NCBI GenBank assembly: GCA_012295275.1
Contig: CM022666.1
Location: forward strand, 8,618,001-8,682,000
Length of the DNA: 64,000 nt
Direction: 5' to 3'
From: Chrysomallon squamiferum
Taxonomy: Eukaryota; Animalia; Mollusca
A model generated the notes under the pieces. It saw nothing but the letters and a program-made list of their open reading frames with translations. It did no database searches and was not told the DNA's origin. The position numbers and the translations under genes are program-made. Of the stretch, positions 43,508 through 58,608 are shown in pieces; position 1 is the first letter of the stretch, and each line of letters opens with the position of its first letter.

Positions 43508-43736
43508 TTGTTATAAATTTATTTTTTATGAAAAAATATTAATGAAAAATTTTGGATATAAAATATCAAATTTGAAAGCAGTATTATTAATATTATTTTC
43601 CTTTTATTTATTATCGTTAATAATGTAGATGATGATAACTACTACTATTTTTATTACCACTACTACTATGACTTCTACTACACTTACTACTATATCTACT
43701 ACTAGTAGTATTACTCAGTAATATTGCAACTTTTAA

Positions 43737-43881
<145 letters not shown>

Positions 43882-44271
43882 AATGACCATAATATAATAA
43901 TTAAATATAATGAAGTAAATAGTATGGATTTTATATAAGTAAAATAAAATGAGAATAAATATCAGTAAATAATAATAAGAAAGCTGAAATGTTAAATTAT
44001 ATATTAAAAATTAGCTATTTGAATAACGTTCACCAAAATATTAATGATCAAAATATTATTAAATACATAAATGTTTTTTAAAATTTAATAATTAAGATAT
44101 ATAATTAAAATAGTAAAAATAAAAAAATAAAAAGCAATCAAATAAATACATAATTAAATAAATAAAATAAATAAATAAACTAAGGAACAAATACAAAAAC
44201 AACCAAATAAATAAATAAGAAATTATTTAATAATTTAAATAAATAAATTTATTGCTATAAAATTTTCTCGA

Positions 44272-44344
<73 letters not shown>

Positions 44345-45337
44345 TAATTTAAATAGGAAAATTGTAGGATGATATCATTTAATAAGTACTGATTTGTGAT
44401 AGGTACTGATTACTGATTTTATAAGTAGATTTAAAGATAATTCTGTTTCGATTATTTTTTAATAAATAAATTAAAAATATTTTCTCTGTGTTTCATAAAC
44501 AACAGTCTAATGTAATACTTTACATTAATAAATAAATAAATAAATAAATAGATTGGAAAATAAATAAATAAATAAATAAATTGATAAATAGATTGACAAA
44601 TAAATAAATAAATAAATAAATAGATAGATTGATAAATAGATTGACAAATAAATAAATGCAAACGTTTAACAGTATTTTATGCTATTTCATAAAGCTATTT
44701 AATTTAAATGTATATTTAAAATAAAGATTTTATTATTGTTGTTGTTGTTGTTTGTTTTGATTTGTTTTGTGGTGGCGGGTGAAGGTCTTATTAATCCTGC
44801 ATATTAAAGTACGCCAAACTTTAAATGACTCTTGTCAATAGAAAATTCATTTTAACTTGATCTGTTTCGACTTGTTAAATTTACCATTTAATGTCACTGT
44901 GCTCGATTTCTTTTCTTTTCTTTCTCTCTGTTTTTTCATTTTTTTTTTTATTCTTGTTATTTTCTTTTTTTAATTTCACTCTTTCCGCCTTCCAGATACT
45001 TATTTTTGGTCTGGTTATTTCTCAAGAAAATTTAGCTGAAAAAAAAAAAAAAAAAAATCTATATATAATTTTCTATAATATTTCCCAGCTTGTGTTTGTC
45101 GTTCCTACTTGAACGAAGAACAATACTCTCAAACGACCCATCACTTCTGAAACACGTCAAAAAAACCACAACGCAAAATTCGTACTGACATCGAACGCTT
45201 CGCCCAAATTTACAATAAAGACGATCATCGAAGCGGGGCAGGCCGCTTTTGTCTGCGAATAATCTCCCTTGGCGAGGGTGCCCAGCTTCTCACGGCAGGC
45301 GAGTGATTAGGCCGGGTTCTCCTACTCCTTCACCGTC

Positions 45338-45351
45338 GTTGCCAAGGTAAC
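45338..45351. promoter_or_regulatory. RFX X-box GTTGCCAAGGTAAC
   Basis: Matches GTNRCC-N2-RGYAAC within the GC-rich island at 45100-45650. Confidence 0.4.
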
Positions 45352-45880
45352 AAGGGCAGCGAAGCGGTCTGCCGTGTCATCAGAGGTTTCGATGAATGGA
45401 ATATATTTCAATATTATTCTCGTTTCGTGTCATGAATTTGTCATTTTTTACTCGCTCTCCTTGCTGTGTATTCTTCGCTTTCTTTTCAAGTCGGCGTGGA
45501 TTTTATTTTGCAGCGCGTCTCTGTTGTTTGTGGAATTTTTATTCTGGTCTGTCATATTACAATCTAGTCAAAAGGGAATCTCTTGTAGGCGAAAAGAATA
45601 TCGCTAATAAATAGATTTAAAATAATCGTGTCAGATTATAAAGCGATTTCTGATATTTATTAATGCTTCCCTCGTTTTCCTTGTGTCCGTTCTATCTATT
45701 TTTTTTTTTTTTTTGATGCTTTTTCTTTCTCTCAGTCTGTCTTTATTAGACCAGTTATCTGTTATTAATGTTAATGTCTTTCAAGTTTTTCTTTTTCTTT
45801 TTCTGTTTTGCATTCTTCCATCTATCTATCTGTCAGTTTGTATATCTGTATCTTATATATATATATATATATACATACAT

Positions 45881-45924
<44 letters not shown>

Positions 45925-46710
45925 AAAGTGTATATGTATAATATTATTTCTGTCACTCCCTCTCTATCTGTGTATCTGTTTATCTATATTTATACCTTTC
46001 TATTAACCTATCTATCTGTCTCTCTATCTGACTGTCTCTCTATCCATCCATCCATCTACCTGACTGTTTAGCTAACTATCTTTGTCTCTCTCTCTTTTAT
46101 GAAGCATAATACTAAACAAATAAAAAATTAAAAAATGGATTCATATAAATAATATAAAGAAATAAAGATTTAAAACTGAATATACAATAATTACAATATC
46201 TGTTTGGATTTTTAAAATGATTTTCTAAACATTCATCATTTTCAAAAGTAGTCTTACTATAATACTTTTTTTTATAAGAATGAAGTAAAAAACATATATG
46301 TATATAATGCAAACAACAATAAAACTGAAAGGAAATAAAATAAAATACAGCGAAATAAAATAAATTAAATTAAATAAAAATAAAATAAAAATAAAAGATA
46401 TTTACATAATTTTAGTAATGTAATGTACGTAATTTGAAAACCAAAATGTTTTTACATCTTCACTGTATATGATTTATTTATTTATTTATTTATTTATTTA
46501 TTATATATCTCTGTGTGTTTGTGTATGTATTTGTGTGCGTTTATGAGTTTTCATGAAGCGATATGTAAAGAAATATATGAATTTAATCTGCAAGTAAACA
46601 GATATAGAGACACGTAGATAAATAAACAAATCAGCAAACAAACAAATAAATAAATAAATAAACAAACAAACTAATAAAGTAATTAATTATTAAATAAATT
46701 AAAACAAAAA

Positions 46711-46741
<31 letters not shown>

Positions 46742-47079
46742 ATGAATAAATTATAAACAAAAAAATAAACTAATAAATAAAATAAACTAAAGCAAAACGA
46801 AAGAAAATCTTTTCACAGATCAATATTAATTTATAACAACGCTTGACGTTGAAAAATTAATTTATAACATTTAGAAATTAAATTTTAAAAAAAAAGAAGA
46901 AAATTATTAAGGAAAGAAAAAAATTATATCCGAAGATAATAAATATATATATATAATTTACGAAAAAAAAAAAAAAAAAAAAAAACGAAAGAAAAACGGA
47001 AAAAGAAAATATTGATAAAAAAAACCCCTGTAGTTTGAAAAATTAATTTATAATTAAATTCAACCATATTTCAAAATAA

Positions 47080-48180
47080 TCTTTTAATTAAAACGAAAGC
47101 GAGGTTTTCTGACGCACCGAAACACCTCCAGTTGACGCGGAGAAATTTCATTTTTAGAATATTTACTAAGATTAACTCTGGCTTCCTGAAGTCGGATTTG
47201 CTATATTCTGCGTCTAGCACGTCTTAAAAGAAACATTTCATACTGGATCACTAATAGGAATTTTCAATAGACTTAATTTGAAATGAACGTAACAGCATAT
47301 TTCTGCATATTGATTTTCATAACATACGGTACGAATTACTCCTTCAATAAAACGGTATTAATCCGCCGATGAGAATGATTCCCCATCATATTTTACCCCC
47401 ACCCCAATCATTTCCGCCTAACTTTGAATTATCAGCATCGTTAGGAAATTTGTTAGTTGCGAGATCGCGTCCCATTGTAAGCAGTTTACAATAATTTAGA
47501 AACTGTTAGAAAAATTCATCTCTAAAACATAATGAATTACATATTACATTATTTGTTAGTCTAATTCAGATAACCACGAAATGTGTGACCACGAAAAACG
47601 TACTTTAACCCTCAGTTAATGGTACAACGTTGTAAAAGACTGTTTAACCAGAACCTCGTAATTTCTACAAAGACCGGCACGGGTTCTTTTGTGTCACATT
47701 TGAAATTATAATTTTATTCTTTAGCGAATAAAGAGATTTTAATTAAAAAAAATAATAAAAAATAAAAAAATAAAATAATATGTCTGTCTGTCGGTCACTA
47801 AGTCTGAATTTTGACTTTTAATGCTGAATACGTGTTTGAGTAATGCGGGGTTTTATGTACCTACTTAAATCCTGGAACACCTGGTTGGCTGAGGTGCCTT
47901 TGATCTCTCGTTTACCTGTTTAGCTATTCGGCAGATTATCTTTATGGCCAAATACAATTATAGAAGAAAGGAAATTATATTTGCCCCATTCTGGCGTTAA
48001 ATATTTGTGAATCCGCAGCGTTTGTAATTGTTAAATGACCAAGAGATTCATAATCGAGCTCGTTTTATTGTCATTTGTTTATTTTCTTCTATTTTTGAAG
48101 ATTTATTTTATCGTTGAATTAATTCCGCGATTATTTAATGACTGAAATAAATTTGTGACGGTCAATAATGGTAGATGTTG
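47080..48180. promoter_or_regulatory. Complex island with TCF and Hox/Cdx-type sites
   Basis: CCTTTGATC (47897), TTTATGGCC (47941) and TGTGACCACG near 47584. Confidence 0.3.
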
Positions 48181-48276
48181 TTTGGAGTTTTTCTTACTGT
48201 CGTATTTATATATTATTAATATTATTACTGTTGTTGTTGTAGTTGTTGCTGTTGTTGTTTTTCCTATTATATTTTA

Positions 48277-48339
<63 letters not shown>

Positions 48340-48560
48340 GTCGTCATCATAATAATCATCTACATCATTATCATCATCATCTATAAATGGGAATTTTATG
48401 CATCTCTTTTTAAATACATATTTTTGTTATTTTGTTATTTTACTTTTTTAGAAATAGCTTTCAATGTTAGAAAGAAAACCGATTATTTTTATTTAAATAT
48501 TTATTTATTTATTTACTAATTTATTTCTTTATTTGTTTGTTTGTTTGTTTGTTTGTTTGT

Positions 48561-48595
<35 letters not shown>

Positions 48596-49617
48596 CTTAC
48601 TTATTTATATTTATTCATAAAATAATTGTTACGCTAAATATTATTGCTATTGTTTTTTACCTGCGTTTTTACTGATATTTATTATTATTTAATTTATTAT
48701 TATTAATAAAAGTATTTTAGTCTTTGAAACTGATAACAATAAGTTGTCACTGATCTTGTCATATTTCATTTTGTAGTCAGTTTCTTTTTATTTTCATTTC
48801 GTTTTGTTCTTTTCATTCTTTTATTATTATAGTTATTTCTTTGGTGTGTTTAGCGGTTTTTATATTTATTGTTTACAGTTCTTTTGTGCTGTTGTTATAC
48901 GTAGTGATTTATAAATTGTTCTTTTTTAATATTTGAAGAATAGATGAACAAATGAATGAATGAATGAATGATAAAAGAAAATATTAAAGAAAGAAAAATA
49001 ACGATAATGGAAAAAAAATATAAAATACAATGAAAGAAAAAGAAAAAAAAAAAAGAACAGAAAAGATATTAAAAAAGATATTAAAAACACTTAAAAAAAT
49101 CAATTTAAGAATTAATGATTAAATAAAAAAAGAAAGAAAAATATAAAAGCAAGAAAGAAGGAAAAATAAATGCGGAGGAATTAAAATAATAATAAAGAAA
49201 GCTTTCAGTGTATTTATATTATAAAAACAGATTAATTATTTTCTTATTAACCATTACTATTTACTTCTCTACTTCGTTATTTACTCCATTTAATATATTA
49301 TATAGTATATTTCATATATTTCATAATTGCATTTTTAATAATACAATATACAAACAATTATATTTTACTTAATATTCTGTTAACTAATTAAGAAAATATA
49401 TACGATTGTTATATTAACTGACTTATATATTTTCTGTAATGAAATTAATTATTAATTATATACAGTATAACATATATTTCCCCTTTAATGTTTGACCCAG
49501 AGATATCGATTCTGTACAACGATATAAATTTACCTAAAGTGTCTTCGTTTAATACCTGGTATTATTTATTAGCTTCGGGTATTCAAGAGTGTGTGTGTGT
49601 TTGTGTGTTATATATGT

Positions 49618-49652
<35 letters not shown>

Positions 49653-49670
49653 CACATGCACACACACACT

Positions 49671-49722
<52 letters not shown>

Positions 49723-49800
49723 GACGGACAACAGACCATATATGTATAAATAAGCTGAAATAATTAAAATGTGTTGTGAATGTTTATTTTATTGTCAGTA

Positions 49801-49831
<31 letters not shown>

Positions 49832-49964
49832 GGATTTTCGATTATTCAAATAAATATCTGTACTGTATCGGGAAATACTGTCGATAGATTTTACCAATAG
49901 CATTAATCTGTATGTATGTCTCCTGTCTATATGTATCTCTATATACCTCTGTCGTTTCCTCCTT

Positions 49965-49967
<3 letters not shown>

Positions 49968-50050
<83 letters not shown>
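49968..50050. repeat. (CT)n microsatellite
   Basis: Pure tract. Confidence 0.97.
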
Positions 50051-50054
<4 letters not shown>

Positions 50055-50658
50055 GTCAAGTGAAGGAACTGTATGTTCTCTTAATACATTTTTGTAGACA
50101 GTGGTACAGTCATTTATTTTATATATATATGATTATGTCTTCAGTTTTAAGTATTTATGAATGTTTAGTGATAATATATTATTATAGTTAGCAGTCAGTT
50201 TGAGATATGTTAGAGCAGTGGGGTCTACAACAGTTTTAGTTTTTCCGTTAAGAACGAGGATGAATAAATTCCTTCCATTTGCAGCTCTTGAACAGTTGTC
50301 CATGAAAGAAGCATTTATAAAGATTCCCAATACTTTTTTTTAAGACATAAATATAATATTAATTCTCAGTCAAAGGATAAAATAAAAATAGATTATTTTT
50401 TCTTACTGTTGTAAATACACTTTTTTTTTTATAACGAAATGATTACGAAAATAAATTAAGAAGCTTGATGCAGCAACATTACTGTTTAATATGATGAACA
50501 TTCCAAACATGTTACGTTTTAAATTAGCATAAATTATGAACATTCCTACAGAATGTCTACAAATACGAAAACAAATATAAATTCGTTTTTATTTTTATAG
50601 AAGAAAGTACGCAACTACATATAATTAAAAACATATACTGAAAAAATATATAAATTAC

Positions 50659-50689
<31 letters not shown>

Positions 50690-51115
50690 TCAGTAATAAA
50701 ATACTGAAACAATTAAACAATTTCATCGTGTATATATATAAATAACGTAAGTAGACATTGATTGTTATTCGTAAGGCTAATCTAATGTAATTCAAATAAT
50801 AAAAAAACAGGTCAATAATAAAATATTTAAAGAGTAACATGATAAAACAACAGAACTCAAACATTTACGTCTTCACTTATTTCCAAATTTTTGTTTTCGT
50901 TTGTGTGCTTTTCTTTTTCTTTTTTTTTTATTTTTTCTTTTTTTCTGTTTGATTTTGTTATTTGTTTGCGTTATCCTTCGCTTTATTATCGCTCCACAAA
51001 ATGAAAAAAATAAAACAGTTGACATAAAGTTACTGCTTTGTTAAAACATTCACAGATTTCATGATTGCAATATAAATATTTAATTATCATTTAATTATTT
51101 TTCTTTTATTTTCAG

Positions 51116-51527
51116 ATGAATTTGCATTCAGCTTGCTCTCACCTTTTCGAGTTTTCATTTTCACCACGCCAGTCAGAAAAAAACAACAAAAAAACTAAGG
51201 AGAAAGAAACGAACAAAACACAAACAATATATACATATGTAAAAGGAATCCAAAAGAAGAGGAAAAAAAAAAAAAATAATAATTGAGTACAAATTTATTG
51301 TTTAAATTATTCAAACATTGGATTGAACTTTCTGAATTGAATTGTGTTTGTAAAAAAAAAAAAATAAAATAATAAAAAAAAAGAGATAAATAAATAAAAA
51401 TAAAAAATAAAATAAAATAAAATCAGAAAAAAAAGTGAAAAGTAGACAAAAACACAAAAATATGTAAATATAGTATATGTTCAGTAGTTATGTTTATATC
51501 ATAAGAAAAAAGAAAAAAGCGACCTAA

Positions 51528-51578
<51 letters not shown>

Positions 51579-51950
51579 AGAAGAAAATACGAAAGAAAAT
51601 TAGCAACAACAACAACAACAAAAAGTAGAAGAAGAAAAAATAACAAGAATATTAAGATAGATAACTAAGTAGGTATGTAAGTAAATAAATAATGCGAACA
51701 CAAAATCCTCGGAATTTCTTCTTCTATGTATATGAAAACTTTTCAAAACATTTGAATTAAATAAACAGAAACTTTTGAAAACTATTAACAAGATGTCATT
51801 AACGAATGGAAACAGACATAGGAAATCCCTGGAACAAAAATTGCCAATCACAGAAGTTGTTACAGATGCTGGTGAAATCTCTTGATTATTTTTACACAAA
51901 ATAAAACTGAAATAAAATGTAAAATCACTTTTGACTTGTTTTTGTTTATA
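51116..51950 (+). other. Candidate terminal exon followed by 3'UTR-like sequence (right end uncertain)
   Basis: Strong acceptor ttattttttcttttattttcag-type tract ending at 51115. Downstream sequence is A-rich with TGTAAATA (51462) and several AATAAA, and no convincing donor follows soon after. Confidence 0.25.
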
Positions 51951-53086
51951 CAAAATTAGTTGATAACATGTTAAAGAATTAATTTAAAATTAAAATAAAT
52001 ATACACACATACACAAATATGTCCATACATACATACATACACACATACATACACACATACATACATACACACATACAAACATACAAACATACGTACATAC
52101 ATACATACACACATTGATGCGCACGTATATAGTTTACGCACAGTATATTTATTATTGCTCTCTTTCTGTCTCCCTATCACTGTTTAATGTTTTATGATGT
52201 GAAATTTTGAATTATCCTAACTGTCTCTCTGTGTATTGAAAATAAAACGATAAACAAATTAATTTTAACACTTGTGAGTAAAACAGGTGCGAGATAGGTG
52301 TCTGGTCATCTAAGCAACATCTTTCATATAAACTAACGACATATAACAGTTGTTCCTTTTAAAGAATGTCTGTCTGTCTGTCTGGCTGGCTGTCTGTGTC
52401 ATGTCTGGCCTCTATAAACAAAACAAAACAAATTTCACCTGTCCACTGAGAAAAGAAAATTAATTTTTAAAACGTGTGACAACAGGTGTATTAATATAAC
52501 CCAGTCAGTAGTTTTAATGTATCTGTCTGGCAGTCTGTCTGTCAGAAAAAATGGAGAAGAAGTTAAAACTCAAAACGTAGTCAATAATAAAAGACACGAA
52601 ATTACCAATTTTAAATTTGTTGGAACAGCTGTGTTTGACTTCGTGCTAACAAATCTGTCTGTACGCCGAGTCTGTCCGTGTAGATGTCTGTGTGTCTGTC
52701 TTCCTGCAGAAAACCACACGTTATCAGCAGAGTAATGTTAATGATGTATGACTCATTAAAACATATGTTTCAACGATTTTACATTTTTCTTTTCTTGTTA
52801 GCAACGACAACAGCAGCAGCAGCAGCAGCAACAACAACAACAACATAATAATAATAAGAAGAAGAAGAAGAAGAAAAAAGAAGAAGAAGAAGAAAGAATG
52901 TTGACAACAGTAATAAATAAATAAATAAAAAGAAGTAATTAAATAAAATGCATGTTGAAATGAATGTTAATTTGCAAACCGTGAAGCATTTATTTGACTT
53001 TAAATCAATCTCTCTCGCTATCTGTCTATCACTTTCTGTATATCTAGCCATCTATTTGTTTTTAGTTATACATTTTTCATCAAAAC

Positions 53087-53122
<36 letters not shown>

Positions 53123-53834
53123 AATCAATAACAAAATACATGACAAATATTAAAAAGTTAAGAACACAGGTGCGTTTGCACCACTTTTAATCGGCGGATC
53201 TTTAAACATTGCGAGGATTAACTTTCACAGAAAATAATTACATGTAATTTTAGAAGAAAACGCAATGTTGAAATACTTCCATTCGTTAGAAGTAACGTCA
53301 GCTTTATTGCAATTTTTCATTTTTTAACTTGGCACCGCCTGACGATAATGGGAGTAAATTATGGGTATCAGATTGTTATGGTCGCCATGTTCGAGTATAA
53401 TTGTTTCACCAGAGCTCCGTGGTGCTCGGCAATAACGGATTTATTAAAAACAGCTTGATGCATTTCCTCGCAGAATATTGCCGAGAGAATTCAAGTGTGC
53501 AGAAGCAGTATCGGTGGTTACAGGTGGATGTTGTCGTTGGTGTTGTCTTGGTTGTTGTAGCAGACTTACATGACATCATTTAAGTCAGAAGCATCGTTTT
53601 GTTTTCGGCGATGCTATGATCTGTCGTTGTTATCGTCATCCTCATCATCATACTCATTCGTGAACATGAAGAAAATTACATATCATGTAGTTCTTTACTG
53701 TTTTCTCATAACAAAGTTAAACATAATTCAGTCATTATTATCTTTATTAACGACAGAAGCTGCAATAACCACAGTGTCTTTACTTGTAATAGGTTTGTTT
53801 TTTACATCATCACCAGAGAGGGAAGAGCAGACAG

Positions 53835-53836
<2 letters not shown>

Positions 53837-53922
<86 letters not shown>
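53837..53922. repeat. (AG)n microsatellite
   Basis: Pure tract. Confidence 0.97.
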
Positions 53923-53924
<2 letters not shown>

Positions 53925-54399
53925 TACATAAATAAAAAACCAAAATTGAACTGACATGAGAGAATATCAAAAATATAAATTTTTGTATAAGCCATATAAC
54001 AAGTAAACATAGTTAAATGAATTAGGTGCTTGGTGTGCGTCCTTCTAAACTAGGCAAAGCAGTGAGAGGAATTTGGTACTTCAGTCAAACCAAACCCGTT
54101 GCAATCCTTCACTTTGCACAAGAACATCATCTACAATAATATTTTTAAATTTGTACACTTTGCCCTGTTTAAGAATAAAATCTTAATTAAAAACAAATTA
54201 AAAAACAAAAACGAAAACAACATTCTTTTATTTAATTTTTTCTACAAACAAAGAAGGAATTGTTCTTTTGATAGAGAGCATGATTTTATTAGTTCAAATG
54301 AGAGATCAGATTTTTCATGAACACCCATTCCATGAATAATAATAACAAAAAAAAAGAACAAAAAAAAGAAGATGTTTAAAAAATCTCTTCTTTCATATT

Positions 54400-54920
54400 C
54401 TTTTGAATGGATGGAATCCAGCAGACTTCTTGAAACCTAGCGGACATTTTTATACTGGAAGTTGGTTCTTCATCTGCAGTCCATTATGCCGTCCTAACAA
54501 AGGTTGCAGCCAGTGGATCGAATATATGCCAAGAAAACGCTCGAGAGCAAAATTGATGACGTCTCTTTCACGCGCGCCTCGTGACAACTTGTCACGTGGT
54601 AATGGAGTAAGGTCATGTAGTTCGTGGTAAAAATTTGACCTTGACCCTTGCAAGTTGTCGTCAAGTGACAGAAAGTTTGTAGCCAAATTAGGAATCCGTC
54701 TTCTTCTGCCATCCATCATTAAACGGAACGGCGAATGTGTCAGTGGTGAAAAGAAGGAAAAAACTCATTTTTTAATTTTACAACAACTCCAGTTTTCGCT
54801 GTTTTGCACGTGGAGTGATCCCCTGGGGGAACCTGAGAGTTGTTTTGCTCTTCCTGGCGCCCTTGTGCATGCATCACCCCGTGTAATGGGTGGGAAGTTC
54901 CCAGATGACAAAGCGAGAAA
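54400..54920. promoter_or_regulatory. Complex island rich in dyad-symmetric motifs
   Basis: CGTGACAAcTTGTCACG (54580-54596), AAGGTCA (54609), DR0 TGACCTTGACCC (54636-54647) and COE/EBF-like TCCCCTGGGGGA (54819-54830). Confidence 0.4.
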
Positions 54921-56487
54921 GACAGAAAAAGAGAAAACAAAAAGAAAAAACAATAAATAGAAAGAAAGAAAGAAAAATAGCGTTTCCAAATTAAAAAACC
55001 CATAAAACAGAATAAATAATAATGCAGTATTTTCAACACTATTGTGTGAAATCCAGCTTGGAGATGTTATTGTTATTCTTTTTGTAGTTGTTGATTTTCT
55101 TGCCGCTTGATGCTGTTGTTGCTGTTTTTGTAGTTGTTTACGTTCTTGTCACTGCTTTTTTTTTTTTTTTTTCGCTGTCGAGGTTCTTGCCTAATATCAT
55201 CAAGGATGTCGATTTTAGTATTTCCTGAGATTCTTGTTGATAACGTCGCTGTTGCTGTTTCTTTTCGTTTTGTAGCTGATAAAGGTCATGATACTGTTTT
55301 GTGTTTTAACTTTGTCACTGATGTTGTTGGTTCTGCTGCTGTTTCAGTAGTTGCTGATATTGTTGTCGTTGAAGCTTTATTGTAACCATCACTGTAGATA
55401 TAGTAGCAGTCTATTTGTAACAAGTGTAGTAGCAAGAAATGTTTTTCTTCTTCTTCTTTTTTCTTTTTTTCTTCTTCTTCTTTTTCTTTTTTTTTCTTCT
55501 TCTTCTTTTTTTTCTTCTTCTTCTTATTAGACGTTATATGTGTATGTCTGCATATGTGTGTATATAAACCATGCATACACAGCTAAATATATAGAGAAAC
55601 AGAAATAGAGAGAGGAGAGAGACGAACAAAACTGAATATAGTTTTTTGTTTGTTTGTTTGTTTATTTGTTTCCTTGTTATTCGTTGTCTTTTAAACTGTA
55701 AAAATATTTCCTAGTAAACTATTTCAGGGTCAACACATTTCCTGCAACATGGCGTCAGAGTTCTTAAAAACATTTCATGTCACAAAGAAAGAAAAAAGTT
55801 TAAGAAGAAAAAAAAATTAAAACGTCAGAGAGAGAGAAAAAGAAACGGTGAGAAATAAAAAAATCGTCGAAATTTGCCTAGCAATTCACAATGGCTGCTT
55901 GATTGTTCTAAAAGGACATTGTCCTGCGAAACACGATGAGATAACGAACACTTAAGGACCTCTTGTTATGACTAGTGTCCAAGTTACTGGAACACGCCAC
56001 TCGAAGACGCCCCTTAAAAGAATGAGAACGAGGCATTGGTCGAAATTCATTGGATATTGTGTATTTTTTTAGAGTGGGTTGATGGGATATGCTGCTCTCG
56101 GAAGAAGATTCCGGCTTGACAAGCACGAATTGGTTTTAATCGATGTCTAACGAGTTTCGAAGACAAGTTAATGCAGAAGATACTTCTTGCTTTCAGTCTA
56201 AGATGGTAGCCCAGAAGAATATGTTCTTAGCCACGAGAGAGCTTATATCAGTGTCTCAGAAACTTATGACGTACTTATCTTCTGACGTCATAATGGTTGT
56301 AGATTTCTTGATTTCTGTAGGGTTTTTAAAATTTATTTATTTATTTATTTTAAATTTTGTTTTATTTTTATTTTATTGTTTATTTATTATCGGTCGTTGT
56401 TCTTATTACTGTTATTATCGTTATTACTACAAATTTATTACCACTACTAACAGTACCACAATAATAATAATAATAATAATAATAATC

Positions 56488-56533
<46 letters not shown>

Positions 56534-57173
56534 CAACAACTGTTAACTGACTTTTTCTAAGCATCACGTAGTTGTTGTTGTTGATGATGATGATGGTGAT
56601 GTGTTGATGTTTGTGGATGATTGTACTGTTGTTATGGTTGTTGCATTATTGTTATTTGTCATTATGCATTGTGTGTGTGTGTGTGTGTGCATGATGTTTG
56701 TGCGTGTCTACATGTGTATGTATGTATATGGGTATTTTTTTATTTAATTTATTTTTTCAAGTTTTTGTTGTTATATATGTAAGTATAATGTTTTGTTTTA
56801 TGTATATATATAACAAAACACACACACACAACCTATGAGAAGGTATATATTGAAAAATTACTTATTGCTAACAGATGTGTTTGACTACAGCGAGTTTTCA
56901 TTACTATTACAAAAACAATACAGTTTACGTCAAGTTACTGTTAATATTGACATCTACCGAGCATTCATTAAACTATTCGTTTACTCGAACTGTCACTGAT
57001 ACACGCAACATCTGCCAACGAACAGCATCGAGTATATTTTTGCAATAAATCTAAATATGTCAATAAAATATCACCAGGTATTTAGGAGCAATACAGAAAC
57101 GATCTGAGAATCTCATCTGTGGCAACCACGACAACAGTAACAACATCAGCAGCACTGACAGTAATAATACTAA

Positions 57174-57257
<84 letters not shown>

Positions 57258-57657
57258 TAAAAGAAGAATATAAAAAAATAAAAAAAATTTAAAATTTAAA
57301 AATTAAAAAAATTAAAAAAAAATTAAAAAAATTACGAAATTCGATCCTACAGTTCTACAGACATGGAAAACAAACTTAATTACTAACTATTCAGTTTAAT
57401 GTGCATTCTTCGCTTTGTGTGTTGGTGTGAAAATTGCATTCCTATCTCTCCTGGCGTGTTTTCCACTGTTCTAGCACACGCGGATTATGGCGTATCGTAA
57501 AACGGACATGATGATGAATTCAGCCTGACCGAGCCGTTTATGACTGTAGGAAAACAGATCAAATGTCTCGTTATATTCTTACGACAATTTAAATCCAGAA
57601 ACATTATACGGCTGATGTTCAAAATGATAACAATGAAATGGAAATCATTGTACGTTC

Positions 57658-57692
<35 letters not shown>

Positions 57693-57888
57693 TATAATAA
57701 TAATAAAAAAAAAAAAAAAAAAAATTAAAATTAAAAATTAAAATGGAAGACAGATAAAGGAAACAAGAATACTTTTGTTTTGAAATAAGTAGAAATGCTG
57801 AGGGGAACGTGAGATTGAGATAAAAAAATATCATAACATAAATACACACGCGCGCGCGCCTTTATACACACACATACATATACATATA

Positions 57889-57892
<4 letters not shown>

Positions 57893-57971
<79 letters not shown>
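57893..57971. repeat. (GA)n microsatellite
   Basis: Pure tract. Confidence 0.97.
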
Positions 57972-57972
<1 letters not shown>

Positions 57973-58570
57973 AAAAACAAAATCAACCCAGAACAATTTC
58001 AAACAATGAAAGAGTTTATATCTATAGTATATATAAATATAAAATATGGCATTAAAAGAAAACAAGGAAACAACTACTTACGTAAAAAAGAGTAAAAATA
58101 ATTAAATGAAATCAAATCAAATAAATAAATAAACAAAAAGAAGGAAATGTTGTCATGAACACAAAAGAGAAATACAACAACTGAATTGTTTCATGGTTAC
58201 GTCTTTTGTTAGTTAACTAAGCAAACAGTTGAATTCTATACTTATTATTACTTCTAAAACCACGTACTTTGTGTGTATTCATACACTGTCTGTAAAATAA
58301 GCTTTTTCACAGAGAGAGATTTGTAGCATATAAATTCACAGCACTGAAAATAAAGTCTACGTTTGGATACAATGTTTTTTTAAGTGAGTGAATGTATTGT
58401 GGCGGTATCAGGAATGTACGAGTTAAAAGCTAATAAAACGAGAATAGAATTAATAAAGGTTAAATGAGTTTTTCGTTTTTTATTTATTGTTGAGAAGTAA
58501 ATAAATAAATAAGAGACAAGTGCGAAAAAGCAACAAAACTTTATACAATAAAATAAAATGAAATAAATAA

Positions 58571-58608
<38 letters not shown>

